A stretch of 39,723 nucleotides of DNA from a virus. Taxonomy: Duplodnaviria; Caudoviricetes. Below are positions 16,441 to 24,923 of the stretch, in pieces (the stretch's first letter is position 1; every line of letters begins with the position of its first letter). The notes beneath the pieces were generated by a model. It did no database searches. It had not been told where the DNA came from and saw only the letters and a program-made list of their open reading frames with translations. Made by a program: the position numbers and the translations under genes. The stretch spans positions 1-39,723 of the IMG/VR virus record IMGVR_UViG_3300048577_000433; one strand, 5' to 3'.

Positions 16441-16502
16441 TAATTTTCCTTGGTCAAATCAAATATTGCATCTTGTGAAGCAATTGAGTCAACTTGGTGT
16501 AT

Positions 16503-16856
16503 CTACTTTCTCTTAGGAAGACGATGCCCATACTTCAAAAGAAGTTTATCATCCTCATCAGATTCCATTTCAGCGTATGTCCGCCGTTTCTCTTGGAACA
16601 TAATCGCTGCGTAAGCAAAGTACAAAATCGTTATCGCAAGCCAATGCAAAATCAGAGAGACAAAATCAATCGAAATCCCAAAAAACGAATTTCCAGGATG
16701 TTCTGTTGCAGGCGGCGCAAAAATAAAGCCATACCCTGCTGGTTTGTTGACAATCCCCGCGCCAGGGATGTTGGCAACATATTTCCATGGAGGACAGATC
16801 GTCAGCAAGGCCATAAGCAAAATGTAGACGATGACCACGGTCCGCTTTGATGGCAT
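16503..16856 (-). CDS. Small two-TM membrane protein downstream of the repressor
   Basis: Two hydrophobic helices; starts 8 nt after the repressor stop (alternative GTG at 16862). Confidence 0.7.
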   Translation of the reverse strand: MPSKRTVVIVYILLMALLTICPPWKYVANIPGAGIVNKPAGYGFIFAPPATEHPGNSFFGISIDFVSLILHWLAITILYFAYAAIMFQEKRRTYAEMESDEDDKLLLKYGHRLPKRK

Positions 16857-16864
16857 GTCCACCT

Positions 16865-17362
16865 CTATGTTCTAGAAAATCTCTTTAATTCATTCCTCAA
16901 TTCACGGTTTTCTTCACGCAAGGTACGATTATCGTCGCGTAGTTCCTGACATTCACGGCGACATGCTTCAAGTTCATTTTTTAATTCTACATAATGAGAC
17001 TCTAATGGTTGATTTCCATACTTTGACAAAGGTGATTTAACATCGGCGCGCAGATAAGAAGAACTATGTCCATTCCCTGACACATCGACTGCTGGCAACT
17101 TTGCGTCTCCAGTAGCTATCAGAGATTCCTCTTCCAAGCACTTGTTTGCAAACAAAAGAAACGTCTCCAGGCTCATCCCCAAATTTTGAGCCAGACGTTT
17201 TATGGATTTGATCCCGAGCCCTTTGGCGTGTTTGGAATCAAGAGTATAGTCCAGCATCCTCGGAGAGTTAAGGCCAGCCTGGGCCGCCAGTTGGTCCTTG
17301 TCCCTGCCGTCTCGCATCAGGGCACGAAGCGCTGCCGCAGTGGCTGCTTTGATTTCGCTCAT
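16865..17362 (-). CDS. Immunity repressor (XRE HTH + C-terminal coiled coil)
   Basis: DKDQLAAQAGLNSPRML...IKRLAQNLGMSLETFL; divergent from the cro-like gene; no S24 peptidase motifs; alternative GTG start at 17380. Confidence 0.72.
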   Translation of the reverse strand: MSEIKAATAAALRALMRDGRDKDQLAAQAGLNSPRMLDYTLDSKHAKGLGIKSIKRLAQNLGMSLETFLLFANKCLEEESLIATGDAKLPAVDVSGNGHSSSYLRADVKSPLSKYGNQPLESHYVELKNELEACRRECQELRDDNRTLREENRELRNELKRFSRT

Positions 17363-17373
17363 AGGAATTTTAT

Positions 17374-17441
17374 GAACCACCAGTTCTATTAGGTCAAAAA
17401 GTTCTCGGCCCGTTGACGTGACGAACCTTTGGTTCTAAACT
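17374..17441 (+). promoter_or_regulatory. Rightward early promoter PR with operators
   Basis: TTGACG (17413-17418), 17 bp, TAAACT (17436-17441); GAAC-N5-GTTC at 17374-17386 and 17423-17435, degenerate copy at 17392-17404. Confidence 0.82.
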
Positions 17442-17448
17442 CTTGCCC

Positions 17449-17727
17449 ATGAGAACCGCAGATCGCTTTGCCCAGCTGATGGGTATTACCACCCGTCACG
17501 CGGATTATCTCGGCAAGGGGGACCGTGTTGCCAGCCCTGAGCTTGCGATGCGCGCCATGGACGTTTTAGGCCTGAATCCCGTGCTGCTCCTCGATCCCAA
17601 GCGGAGAACTCGCCCGCTGTGGGATGATGTTGAGGAGTGCCTCACGCGGCTGGACGCTTCCGCCACTTCCCCCATCTCGTCGCATCCCGGAGCAGCACAA
17701 CCGGCTCGGCCTCTGGATGCGGCATGA
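17449..17727 (+). CDS. Cro-like HTH protein
   Basis: RFAQLMGITTRHADYLGKGDRVASPELAMR; first gene after PR. Confidence 0.72.
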   Translation: MRTADRFAQLMGITTRHADYLGKGDRVASPELAMRAMDVLGLNPVLLLDPKRRTRPLWDDVEECLTRLDASATSPISSHPGAAQPARPLDAA

Positions 17728-17753
17728 CCCCCTCGCTCTCCAGAGTCTGCCCG

Positions 17754-17993
17754 TCAAATCCTCCAGCCTGGCCATCTCCTCCGGGGCTTAGGCTGCGGCA
17801 CGATCCTGCGAAAAATCGAGCCTGCCGAACGCACAAGCTTGCACAGGGCGCTAAAACGGATGCAGACCGATCCACCTTTCCCATCTTCGAGCCGGTAGCG
17901 CAGGATCATTATTTCCTGCTTGTAACAAACTATCGGACGCTCAAAATTCACGACGCACGGCGTCAAACCTTGCCTTTCTTCCGCTTTATCCAC
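17754..17993 (-). CDS. Hypothetical protein, antisense to the PR operon
   Basis: GTG start with GGAGG RBS; AT-rich upstream segment at 18050-18090. Confidence 0.45.
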   Translation of the reverse strand: MDKAEERQGLTPCVVNFERPIVCYKQEIMILRYRLEDGKGGSVCIRFSALCKLVRSAGSIFRRIVPQPKPRRRWPGWRI

Positions 17994-18451
17994 GTGACCC
18001 CTCCATACAGCAATCGGGGGTCCACTATCGCAGGCCGTATACCTGGGGCAATAATTTTTACGCCTATATCGAAAAGGATTGTATATATTATCCTGTGGGT
18101 TGCTCTAAACCATCTGCCCCTTCCCCTTGTCACTGCCGCCCGGGGCAGAGCAACCGGCCCAGCCCCTGGACGCAGCATGATGGATTTCAATCGTCTTCGG
18201 CACTCGGCAGCGCCTGCCGCCATTGCAGGCCGGCCCGGCCGCCGAATCGCTGCAGCGCATAGCGGATCATCTCGGCTTTGGCTGTCTGCGCCGGCGTCCC
18301 GGCCGGAAAGGTGCGGCGACGCCAGATGATGACCGCCAGCCCGACCACCCGCAGGGTGACTTTCAGAGCCTTATCCTCTGCCCGCCTCCTGACCGAGACG
18401 TGCAGGTGCAGCATCCCCGGGCCGGCTTGGGGCGGATCGGCCCCCTCGGCC

Positions 18452-18829
18452 TCAGGCGTTGCCATAGGTTCCCGGTATTTCGCAGCGACTCCAGGGCAGA
18501 CCGGCGATGGCGCGCTTGAGCGATGGGATCGACTCGGCGTTAACGCCCACGCAGCCCCGTTCGCCCCGTTCGCCCACGAACCGCAGCAAGGCCGCGCCCT
18601 GGGCGGGATCGGCTATCGGCTCCAGGAACTCCATCGCGAACGTGCCCGGCCGGGGGCATCCCATGGTTTGCAGTGCATCCAACACTTGGTGCAAGGTCGG
18701 CATGGCGGATACCGGAAAACGCATGGGGCAAATGGCGCCGTCCTCGGTGTAGGCCTGCACGAAAATCGTGTCGCCCTGGAGCGCCACGCAACTGTCGAAA
18801 GACATAATCTTTAGCTCTCGCATACGCAC
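18452..18829 (-). CDS. Hypothetical protein, antisense to the PR operon
   Basis: Globular-looking composition; no family recognised. Confidence 0.4.
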   Translation of the reverse strand: MRMRELKIMSFDSCVALQGDTIFVQAYTEDGAICPMRFPVSAMPTLHQVLDALQTMGCPRPGTFAMEFLEPIADPAQGAALLRFVGERGERGCVGVNAESIPSLKRAIAGLPWSRCEIPGTYGNA

Positions 18830-18842
18830 CTCGGAGGTTTTT

Positions 18843-19163
18843 ATGGGTCTGTTTGCAAAGTTGTTCGGGAAGAAGGACCAACAGAATAACGACGAACTGG
18901 TTTATGATCTCGACCTGATTCCCGAAGTCACCATTGACGACGTTGACGTAATTTCGATGTCTCAGGGTTCATTCCGGCGAAAAACACCGGCTGAAGAACG
19001 CATTCGCGTGACTCTCACCATGAAGAAATCCACGTTTGAGGCGCTGCGTCGCTTCTGTACCGAGACCAATGCGAACGCTTCGCAGGCGCTGCGCTCGGGA
19101 TTTCGGTTCGCGGAGCAACCGTTTCGGAAAAACACTAGGTTGATAAAAGATTTCGACGAATAG
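18843..19163 (+). CDS. Putative ribbon-helix-helix DNA-binding protein
   Basis: GGAGG RBS; RIRVTLTMKKSTFEALRRFCTETNANASQALR. Confidence 0.6.
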   Translation: MGLFAKLFGKKDQQNNDELVYDLDLIPEVTIDDVDVISMSQGSFRRKTPAEERIRVTLTMKKSTFEALRRFCTETNANASQALRSGFRFAEQPFRKNTRLIKDFDE

Positions 19164-19232
19164 CCGAGTTGAGTCCAGGCGGTTTGGTGGATGAGAACGT
19201 CTCGAAAAATCAGGCTGGTGGAGCAGATGAGT

Positions 19233-19664
19233 ATGAATCGTACCCGTGGCGCGCTGTTGGGGCTGCTCGTTTTGGCCGCCCTGCTCCCTGGCCCGGCCCT
19301 GGCTGACGACCTGACCGGCGTGGTGCTGCGGGTGCTCGACGGCGACACGCTGCGAGTGCGCATCGACTGCCCGTGCTGCCCGCCTCTCCTCCAAACCTGG
19401 GGCGTGAGGCTGCTGGGGGTGGACGCCCCCGAGCTCAAGGACAAGCGCGCCGACAGGGCATTCCTGGCCAGGGAGGCCCGGGGCGTGCTGGCTGAGCTGT
19501 GCCCGCCCGGGGCGTCGGTGACGTTGCGAGGGGCCAAAATGGACAAGTACGGCGGCCGGATGCTGGCCTGGGTGTCCTGCAACGGCGGCCCGGACGCGGC
19601 CGGGGTGCTGCGGGGCTACGGCTTGGTCCGGGAATACTGGGGAAAGGGGCCGAAGCCGTGGTAA
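19233..19664 (+). CDS. Secreted thermonuclease (SNase family)
   Basis: Signal peptide ending ALA; VLRVLDGDTL, VRLLGVDAPEL, DKYGGRMLAWV. Confidence 0.92.
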   Translation: MNRTRGALLGLLVLAALLPGPALADDLTGVVLRVLDGDTLRVRIDCPCCPPLLQTWGVRLLGVDAPELKDKRADRAFLAREARGVLAELCPPGASVTLRGAKMDKYGGRMLAWVSCNGGPDAAGVLRGYGLVREYWGKGPKPW

Positions 19665-20914
19665 GCGCGCTGCCGCTTGAGCTTCCGCCGCTGTCGGTGG
19701 GGTCTCTGTTCACCGGCATTGGCGGTTTGGACCTCGGGCTTGAATGGGCAGGAATGGAGATTTCTTGGCAGTGCGAACAGAACACTTTTTGCCGTGGCGT
19801 GTTGCGGCGGCACTGGCCCAAGGCGAGGCTTTACGATGACATCAACACGCTCATTGCAAATGACCCTGCTCCCGTTGACGTCCTCTGCGGAGGATTCCCC
19901 TGCCAGCCCGTCAGCCTCGCCGGGCGCCGCCAAGGAGCCAATGACGCCCGGTGGCTCTGGCCAGCTATGCGAGACGTCGTTTCGCACCTCCGACCAACTT
20001 GGGTACTTGGAGAAAATACTCCTGGACTCATCACAATGGGACTCGACGGAGTGCTGCTTGACCTGGAAACGCTCGGCTACGCCTGCCGGACGTTTGTTGT
20101 TCCGGCTTGTGCCGTCGATGCGCCGCACCGACGAGACCGCGTTTTCATTGTGGCGCACTCCTGCGGTAGCGGACGCGACCAGGGGGGCACACCCCTGCCC
20201 GGACAAACAAGCGGGGAAGCACTCGCTGGTGACGGAGGCGAAAGGACTGTGGCCGACGCCGCAATCGAATGTGGTCTATCCAAAGAACGGGCTAGAGCCG
20301 AAGGTGCGATGCCCAAGCGATCCTCAAGTAGGACTCGCGGATGTGGCGATGTGGTCCACGCCCACGGCCAGTCTTCACAACGACGGGGAGAGCCCGGAGA
20401 CGTTTCGGGCCAGGCAGGCCAAACTCAAAGAGAGCCACAGGAACGGCAACGGAGCGGGAACGCCGCTGGCTATCCAGGCCAAGGAGTCAGCCCTGTGGCC
20501 GACGCCGGCGGTATCGGATGCCACGGGGGGAAAGACAGTCCCTGCCGGGACAACACCGGGAGGGATGAGGCCGGACGGGAGCAAGGCGCAAGTCGGGCTG
20601 CGTACGACGGCTTTATGGTCCACGCCTCGGGCCTCGGACGGGGAGAAAGGCGGACCCAACCAGAAGTTCGGAGCGGGCGGCCAGCCCCTTCCGGCCCAGG
20701 CCCATGGAGCGATGCCATCTGGATCACCGGAGCTGACGGAAAAGCCCGGCGGGTTAAACCCGGAGTTCGTCTGCTGGCTCATGGGGTTCCCGGCCGGGTG
20801 GCTCGATTAGGAAGCCTTGGGAACGCCGTCGTTCCATACTTAGCGCTCCGATTCGGCCGCGCCATCCTTGCCGCGCATTACGGGTTGACCGAGACGGGTG
20901 AGGTTGCGGCGTGA
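19658..20914 (+). CDS. DNA (cytosine-5) methyltransferase, alpha polypeptide (motifs I-VIII and X)
   Basis: SLFTGIGG (I), GGFPCQ (IV), ENTPG (VI), PHRRDRVF (VIII), LGNAVVP (X); motif IX is absent in this frame. Confidence 0.92.
   Translation: MVSALPLELPPLSVGSLFTGIGGLDLGLEWAGMEISWQCEQNTFCRGVLRRHWPKARLYDDINTLIANDPAPVDVLCGGFPCQPVSLAGRRQGANDARWLWPAMRDVVSHLRPTWVLGENTPGLITMGLDGVLLDLETLGYACRTFVVPACAVDAPHRRDRVFIVAHSCGSGRDQGGTPLPGQTSGEALAGDGGERTVADAAIECGLSKERARAEGAMPKRSSSRTRGCGDVVHAHGQSSQRRGEPGDVSGQAGQTQREPQERQRSGNAAGYPGQGVSPVADAGGIGCHGGKDSPCRDNTGRDEAGREQGASRAAYDGFMVHASGLGRGERRTQPEVRSGRPAPSGPGPWSDAIWITGADGKARRVKPGVRLLAHGVPGRVARLGSLGNAVVPYLALRFGRAILAAHYGLTETGEVAA
19836..20810 (+). CDS. Overlapping-frame methyltransferase beta polypeptide (TRD-like repeats + motif IX)
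   Basis: +1 frame ORF nested in the MTase gene; five W[RPS]TP repeats; ends LNPEFVCWLMGFPAGWLD (motif IX-like). Confidence 0.75.
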   Translation: MTSTRSLQMTLLPLTSSAEDSPASPSASPGAAKEPMTPGGSGQLCETSFRTSDQLGYLEKILLDSSQWDSTECCLTWKRSATPAGRLLFRLVPSMRRTDETAFSLWRTPAVADATRGAHPCPDKQAGKHSLVTEAKGLWPTPQSNVVYPKNGLEPKVRCPSDPQVGLADVAMWSTPTASLHNDGESPETFRARQAKLKESHRNGNGAGTPLAIQAKESALWPTPAVSDATGGKTVPAGTTPGGMRPDGSKAQVGLRTTALWSTPRASDGEKGGPNQKFGAGGQPLPAQAHGAMPSGSPELTEKPGGLNPEFVCWLMGFPAGWLD

Positions 20915-20996
20915 GCATCCTGGACGCCCACGGTCGCGAGGCCGCTCCTCTGACCGCATATGAACGGCGATGGGCCGAGACCATGGAGACACTGTC

Positions 20997-21773
20997 ATGA
21001 CCAGCGCAGACGTTCGCACAGCCATGCGCGCACGCTTCATCTCGCCAGAGTGGGCGCTGTTTTTCGAGGTTGGCGACGGCACCGGTGCGCATCAACATCG
21101 CTGGGCCGACGCCGTAGCCATGAACCTGTGGCCATCGCGGGGTCTGTCCATTCACGGGTTCGAGATCAAAGTCTCTCGCTCCGACTGGCGGGCCGAACTC
21201 AAGAACCCGGCAAAGGCTGAATCGGTGTCCCAGTATTGCGACCACTGGTGGATCGTGGCCCCCACCGGAGTAGTCCCGAAGGATGAGCTACCCGACACCT
21301 GGGGACTTTTCGAGGTGGACCCGGCCGGAAAGCTCAAACAGGTGGTTGCCGCTCCCAAGCTAGAAGCCAAGCCGGCGGGCCGGCCGTTCATGGCTGCGCT
21401 CCTGCGCCGTGCCGGACAGGTGGGCGAAGATGACATCCGCAAAGCCGTCATGGTGGAGACGGACAAGATCAGGGACCAGCACAAGCAGGCGGTGGATCGG
21501 GAGGTGGCTCGGAGGATGGAGCGCTACGACCGTGTGGTTGAGCGGGCAAACGAAATTAAGGATTTGTGCGGCATCGACCTGAAAGGGTGGACGCCGCCCG
21601 AGGAGATTGCCGCCGCCATCAAATTTGTTCTCACCGTTGGCTCTCTTGACACCTACCGTGGGGTTGACCGCATCCGTGACAATCTGCGCCGGGCGTTGGA
21701 ACAGATGGACCAGGCCGTGGAAGAGGCACAGGGACAGCGTGCGGCCGTGGAGAAGATGAGGGCGGCGTCATGA
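20997..21773 (+). CDS. MmcB-like PD-(D/E)XK nuclease
   Basis: FEV...WADAVAM...GFEIKVSRSDWRAEL...CDHWWIVAP...ELPDTWGL. Confidence 0.75.
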   Translation: MTSADVRTAMRARFISPEWALFFEVGDGTGAHQHRWADAVAMNLWPSRGLSIHGFEIKVSRSDWRAELKNPAKAESVSQYCDHWWIVAPTGVVPKDELPDTWGLFEVDPAGKLKQVVAAPKLEAKPAGRPFMAALLRRAGQVGEDDIRKAVMVETDKIRDQHKQAVDREVARRMERYDRVVERANEIKDLCGIDLKGWTPPEEIAAAIKFVLTVGSLDTYRGVDRIRDNLRRALEQMDQAVEEAQGQRAAVEKMRAAS

Positions 21774-22336
21774 GCGGAGCCTTGGCCCTCACCCCCAACC
21801 CTGGCCCCCGCCGCTGCGTCAAATTCTCCGGCCGTGCTCAAGGGAAAAATGAATGGCTCACCCCGCCGGACCTCATCAGGTTGCTTGGCCCTTTCGATCT
21901 GGACCCATGCGCCCCGGTTGATCGCCCCTGGGACACCGCACGGGATCATCTCACCATCCGCGAAAATGGCCTTTCCCGGCCCTGGGCCGGCCGCGTCTGG
22001 CTCAATCCTCCTTTCGGCCAGGAAATCCCCGAATGGATGCGGCGCATGTCCAGCCACGGCGACGGCATCGCCCTGGTCCTGGCCCGGTCGGAAACGGCCT
22101 GGTTTCAGGACTACGTCTTCGGTTCGCCAACCATGTGCGCCGTCCTGTTCCTGCGCGGCCGGCTCACATTCCACCACGCGGACGGAACGCCGGCCCGGGG
22201 GAACTGCGGGGGGGCTCCTGTGCTTGTGGCTTATGGCAGTCGCAACGGGGTAGCCCTGTCCACCTCTGGTCTTCAGGGAGCGTTTTTCCCTGCACGATGC
22301 ACAGGACTCCCCGCCACGGTCGGGGTAGGAGCGTAG
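21770..22336 (+). CDS. Phage DNA N6-adenine methyltransferase (Dam-like)
   Basis: EWLTPP, FDLDPCA, VWLNPPFG, FLRGRLTF. Confidence 0.9.
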   Translation: MSGALALTPNPGPRRCVKFSGRAQGKNEWLTPPDLIRLLGPFDLDPCAPVDRPWDTARDHLTIRENGLSRPWAGRVWLNPPFGQEIPEWMRRMSSHGDGIALVLARSETAWFQDYVFGSPTMCAVLFLRGRLTFHHADGTPARGNCGGAPVLVAYGSRNGVALSTSGLQGAFFPARCTGLPATVGVGA

Positions 22337-22339
22337 AAC

Positions 22340-23359
22340 ATGCGCGACTACGCAACGGTCTCGCCTGTCTTCTGGACAGGGCAAACAGGACGCCGCCTAA
22401 AAGCCGCCGGACCTGATGCAATGCTCGTTGCCCTGTATTTGGTCACCTCGCCTCACTCGAACGCCTTGGGACTGTACTACCTCCCCGCGCTCTATGTCGC
22501 GCACGAAACTGGCCTGCCTCTGGAAGGGGCTTCAAAGGCCCTTCAAAGGGCTCAAGACGCCGGTTTTTGTGCCTACGACCAAGACGCGGAGGTGGTGTGG
22601 GTCTTTGAGATGGCCCGGTTCCAGATTGGCCACGCCCTATCCCCGAAAGACAACCGGGTGAAATGGGTCAACGAGGAATATGCAAAGCTCCCTAAATGTA
22701 AATTTTTAAAGGATTTTTTTGACAAGTATGCTTCAGCCTTCCACCTCAAGGAAGCTCGGGGCGGGGTACAAAATACAACCCCCTCGGAAGCCCCTTCGAA
22801 GCCCCATCGAAGCCAAGATCTTGATCAGGAACAAGATCAGGAGAAAGAGGAACCTTCCCTTCGGTCAGGTTCTTGCCCGGAGGTGGCCGAGCCACCTGCC
22901 GGGCAGACGCCGGCAGAGCTGCCGAAGCTGATTGGAACCCTCCCCCTGGCTGACGGATCGGATTTCGAGGTGAGGCAGGACCTCGTGGACGAACTGACCC
23001 CGCTCTACCCGGCCGTGGACGTCCTGCAGGCATTGCGCAGCATGAAAGGCTGGCTCTTGGCCGACCCGAAACGACGGAAAACGTCCAGGGGCGTCCGCCG
23101 CTTTATTTCTGCCTGGCTGGATCGGGACCAGAACAAGGGCGGGAACGTGCCGGCGGCCAGGGCCAGCCCCGCCCCCGGACCTATCGTGCCGAGAAGTGTC
23201 CGCGACCTGGAAAGCATCGAGCGTCATACCGAGGCCGAAAGGCTTTTGCGAAGAGGAAGGCCCCATGAAAATGCTGGAGATGCAAACAATCCGGGACGAG
23301 TTGGGCAGGCTCAATGTGCGGCTCTCTCCGCCACTGAGGTTGATACCGGCCGAACTTGA
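22340..23359 (+). CDS. Phage replication initiator protein
   Basis: MRDYATVSPVFW...LYLVTSPHSNALGLYYLP N-terminus; C-terminal LYPAVDVLQALRSMKGWL...RRKT...RFISAWLDRDQN. Confidence 0.82.
   Translation: MRDYATVSPVFWTGQTGRRLKAAGPDAMLVALYLVTSPHSNALGLYYLPALYVAHETGLPLEGASKALQRAQDAGFCAYDQDAEVVWVFEMARFQIGHALSPKDNRVKWVNEEYAKLPKCKFLKDFFDKYASAFHLKEARGGVQNTTPSEAPSKPHRSQDLDQEQDQEKEEPSLRSGSCPEVAEPPAGQTPAELPKLIGTLPLADGSDFEVRQDLVDELTPLYPAVDVLQALRSMKGWLLADPKRRKTSRGVRRFISAWLDRDQNKGGNVPAARASPAPGPIVPRSVRDLESIERHTEAERLLRRGRPHENAGDANNPGRVGQAQCAALSATEVDTGRT
22523..22814. repeat. Candidate replication origin (iteron-like repeats inside the initiator gene)
   Basis: GAAGCC(CC) three times at 11-bp period (22787, 22798, 22809), inverted copy at 22523-22533, AT-rich tract 22693-22720 between them. 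Confidence 0.5.
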
Positions 23360-23633
23360 ATCCAGCGCGGAAACGCTGGCCATTGACCTCGCGGGATGGA
23401 CCGAAGACCGTTTTTTTATGGCCATTCAAGAGCATCGGCGGCGCTCAAATTACCTGCCGATGACGCATAGCCTGATCCTGGCTGATGCGGCAGTTCGGTC
23501 TGCCGTTGCCGAGCCGATCCCGTTACCCCCGGGCAAGGACGAAATGCAGGAAATTTGGGCTCTGGGAAAGCGGCGTGTGCGGGAATTGCTGGATAACCTG
23601 GCTGCAGGATGCCGGCGTGAAACCGTGCGATGA
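23265..23633 (+). CDS. Putative replication accessory / helicase-loader-like protein
   Basis: Overlaps the 3' end of the initiator gene; FFMAIQEHRRRSNYLP. Confidence 0.55.
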   Translation: MKMLEMQTIRDELGRLNVRLSPPLRLIPAELESSAETLAIDLAGWTEDRFFMAIQEHRRRSNYLPMTHSLILADAAVRSAVAEPIPLPPGKDEMQEIWALGKRRVRELLDNLAAGCRRETVR

Positions 23634-23814
23634 GATCCCTGGCCTGCGCTGCTGCAACGCGGGATATTGCTGGGGGAAGCACTATTTCGGCAAGAAGGTC
23701 GAAAAAACGCCGCTGGGACAAGTCGAAACGTGCCTCTGGCAGCCCACGGTACTTGAGCGTCATCGCAGGGATGGCGGGGAAATTCCGGCCGGCCTCATGC
23801 CGGCGCAACGATAA
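23617..23814 (+). CDS. Small Cys-rich hypothetical protein
   Basis: GTG start; PCDEIPGLRCCNAGYCWG; fills the gap in the operon. Confidence 0.45.
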   Translation: MKPCDEIPGLRCCNAGYCWGKHYFGKKVEKTPLGQVETCLWQPTVLERHRRDGGEIPAGLMPAQR

Positions 23815-23840
23815 CCCGGCTTTGGCCGGAAGGAGATCAC

Positions 23841-24263
23841 ATGGACCAGAAAGAAGCGACCCAAGCGGCCTTGGAAATCGTCAAAGCCCAGGCGTCCGTG
23901 CGGGCGATGACCGACATCGAGATCAACAGCATGATCGCCAGCGTGTCGGCCGGCATCCTCGCGGCCTCCAAAGGTGACACCGTCATGGACAGCATGGCGG
24001 ACATTTTCAAGGCCTCGGTCATCGATCCCCAAAAGGCCGTCACCGAACGTGCGGTGGTCTGCCTGGAGTGCGGGAAGAAATTCAAGATCCTGACCAAGAA
24101 GCACTTGGGCGCCCACGGACTGACCCCCGAGGAATACAGGGCCAAGCACGGCATGAAGAAGGGCGCGCCCCTGATCGCCAAGGGCCTGCAGCGCGAGCGG
24201 CGCAAAAAGATGAAGGACATGAAGCTGTGGGAGCGGCGCGGCCAGCAGGAAAAGGCCGAATAA
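23841..24263 (+). CDS. mucR: MucR/Ros family transcriptional regulator
   Basis: VVCLECGKKFKILTKKHLGAHGLTPEEYRAKHG...PLIA; AAGGAG RBS. Confidence 0.93.
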   Translation: MDQKEATQAALEIVKAQASVRAMTDIEINSMIASVSAGILAASKGDTVMDSMADIFKASVIDPQKAVTERAVVCLECGKKFKILTKKHLGAHGLTPEEYRAKHGMKKGAPLIAKGLQRERRKKMKDMKLWERRGQQEKAE

Positions 24264-24264
24264 C

Positions 24265-24672
24265 ATGCCTCAGGAGCGCATGTCGGCCGCTCAATACCGT
24301 GCCTTGCGCCTCGGGGAAAGCCACCCCGGGGCGCGGCCCGGTCCTGCTCGTCGTGCTCCGCATCAGGCCGGCAAGATGAACAAGCTCGAAGCGCAGTATG
24401 ATCGCGAAGTGCTGCGACCCCGCCTGAGGGGTGGGGAATACCTTGACGTGCGTTTCGAGCCGTTCAAGCTGCGGTTGGCGGACAAGACTTTCTACAGCTT
24501 CGATTTCGTCGCGGTGCGACCGGAAGGCTTTGAAATCCACGAATGCAAGGGCTTCTGGGAAGATGACGCCCGCGTGAAGTGGAAGGTGGCAGCGGAGCAA
24601 TTTTGGTGGTTCCGCTTCTTTGCGGCCAGGCTTGTCAAAGGCTCGTGGGAAGTTGAGGAATACCGGGGGTAG
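24265..24672 (+). CDS. DUF1064-like PD-(D/E)XK endonuclease (resolvase-like)
   Basis: MNKLEAQY...FYSFDFV...HECKGFWEDDARVKWK. Confidence 0.75.
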   Translation: MPQERMSAAQYRALRLGESHPGARPGPARRAPHQAGKMNKLEAQYDREVLRPRLRGGEYLDVRFEPFKLRLADKTFYSFDFVAVRPEGFEIHECKGFWEDDARVKWKVAAEQFWWFRFFAARLVKGSWEVEEYRG

Positions 24673-24674
24673 AC

Positions 24675-24923
24675 TTGCAGCTTCTGCTTATCGGCGCGGA
24701 CGCCATCGCCCAGGCCATCGGCGAGCCTCGCGACGCCATACGCAAACTGGTCGACAAGCAGGGCCTGCCCGCCTGGAAAAGCGGCTCCGGCCGGGGCACA
24801 TGGCGCGCCCGGCCGGCCGATCTCGATGCCTGGTTGGAGCGCCAGCGCGATGCCAGATGCCCAAATCATTGCCTGGGCGCAGTCAAGGATTCCGCAGTCG
24901 CCCGCTCCAACGCCAGGCCATAG
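24675..24923 (+). CDS. HTH_17-type DNA-binding protein (possible late regulator)
   Basis: LIGADAIAQAIG...LVDKQGLPAWK...WRARPADLDAWL. Confidence 0.72.
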   Translation: MQLLLIGADAIAQAIGEPRDAIRKLVDKQGLPAWKSGSGRGTWRARPADLDAWLERQRDARCPNHCLGAVKDSAVARSNARP

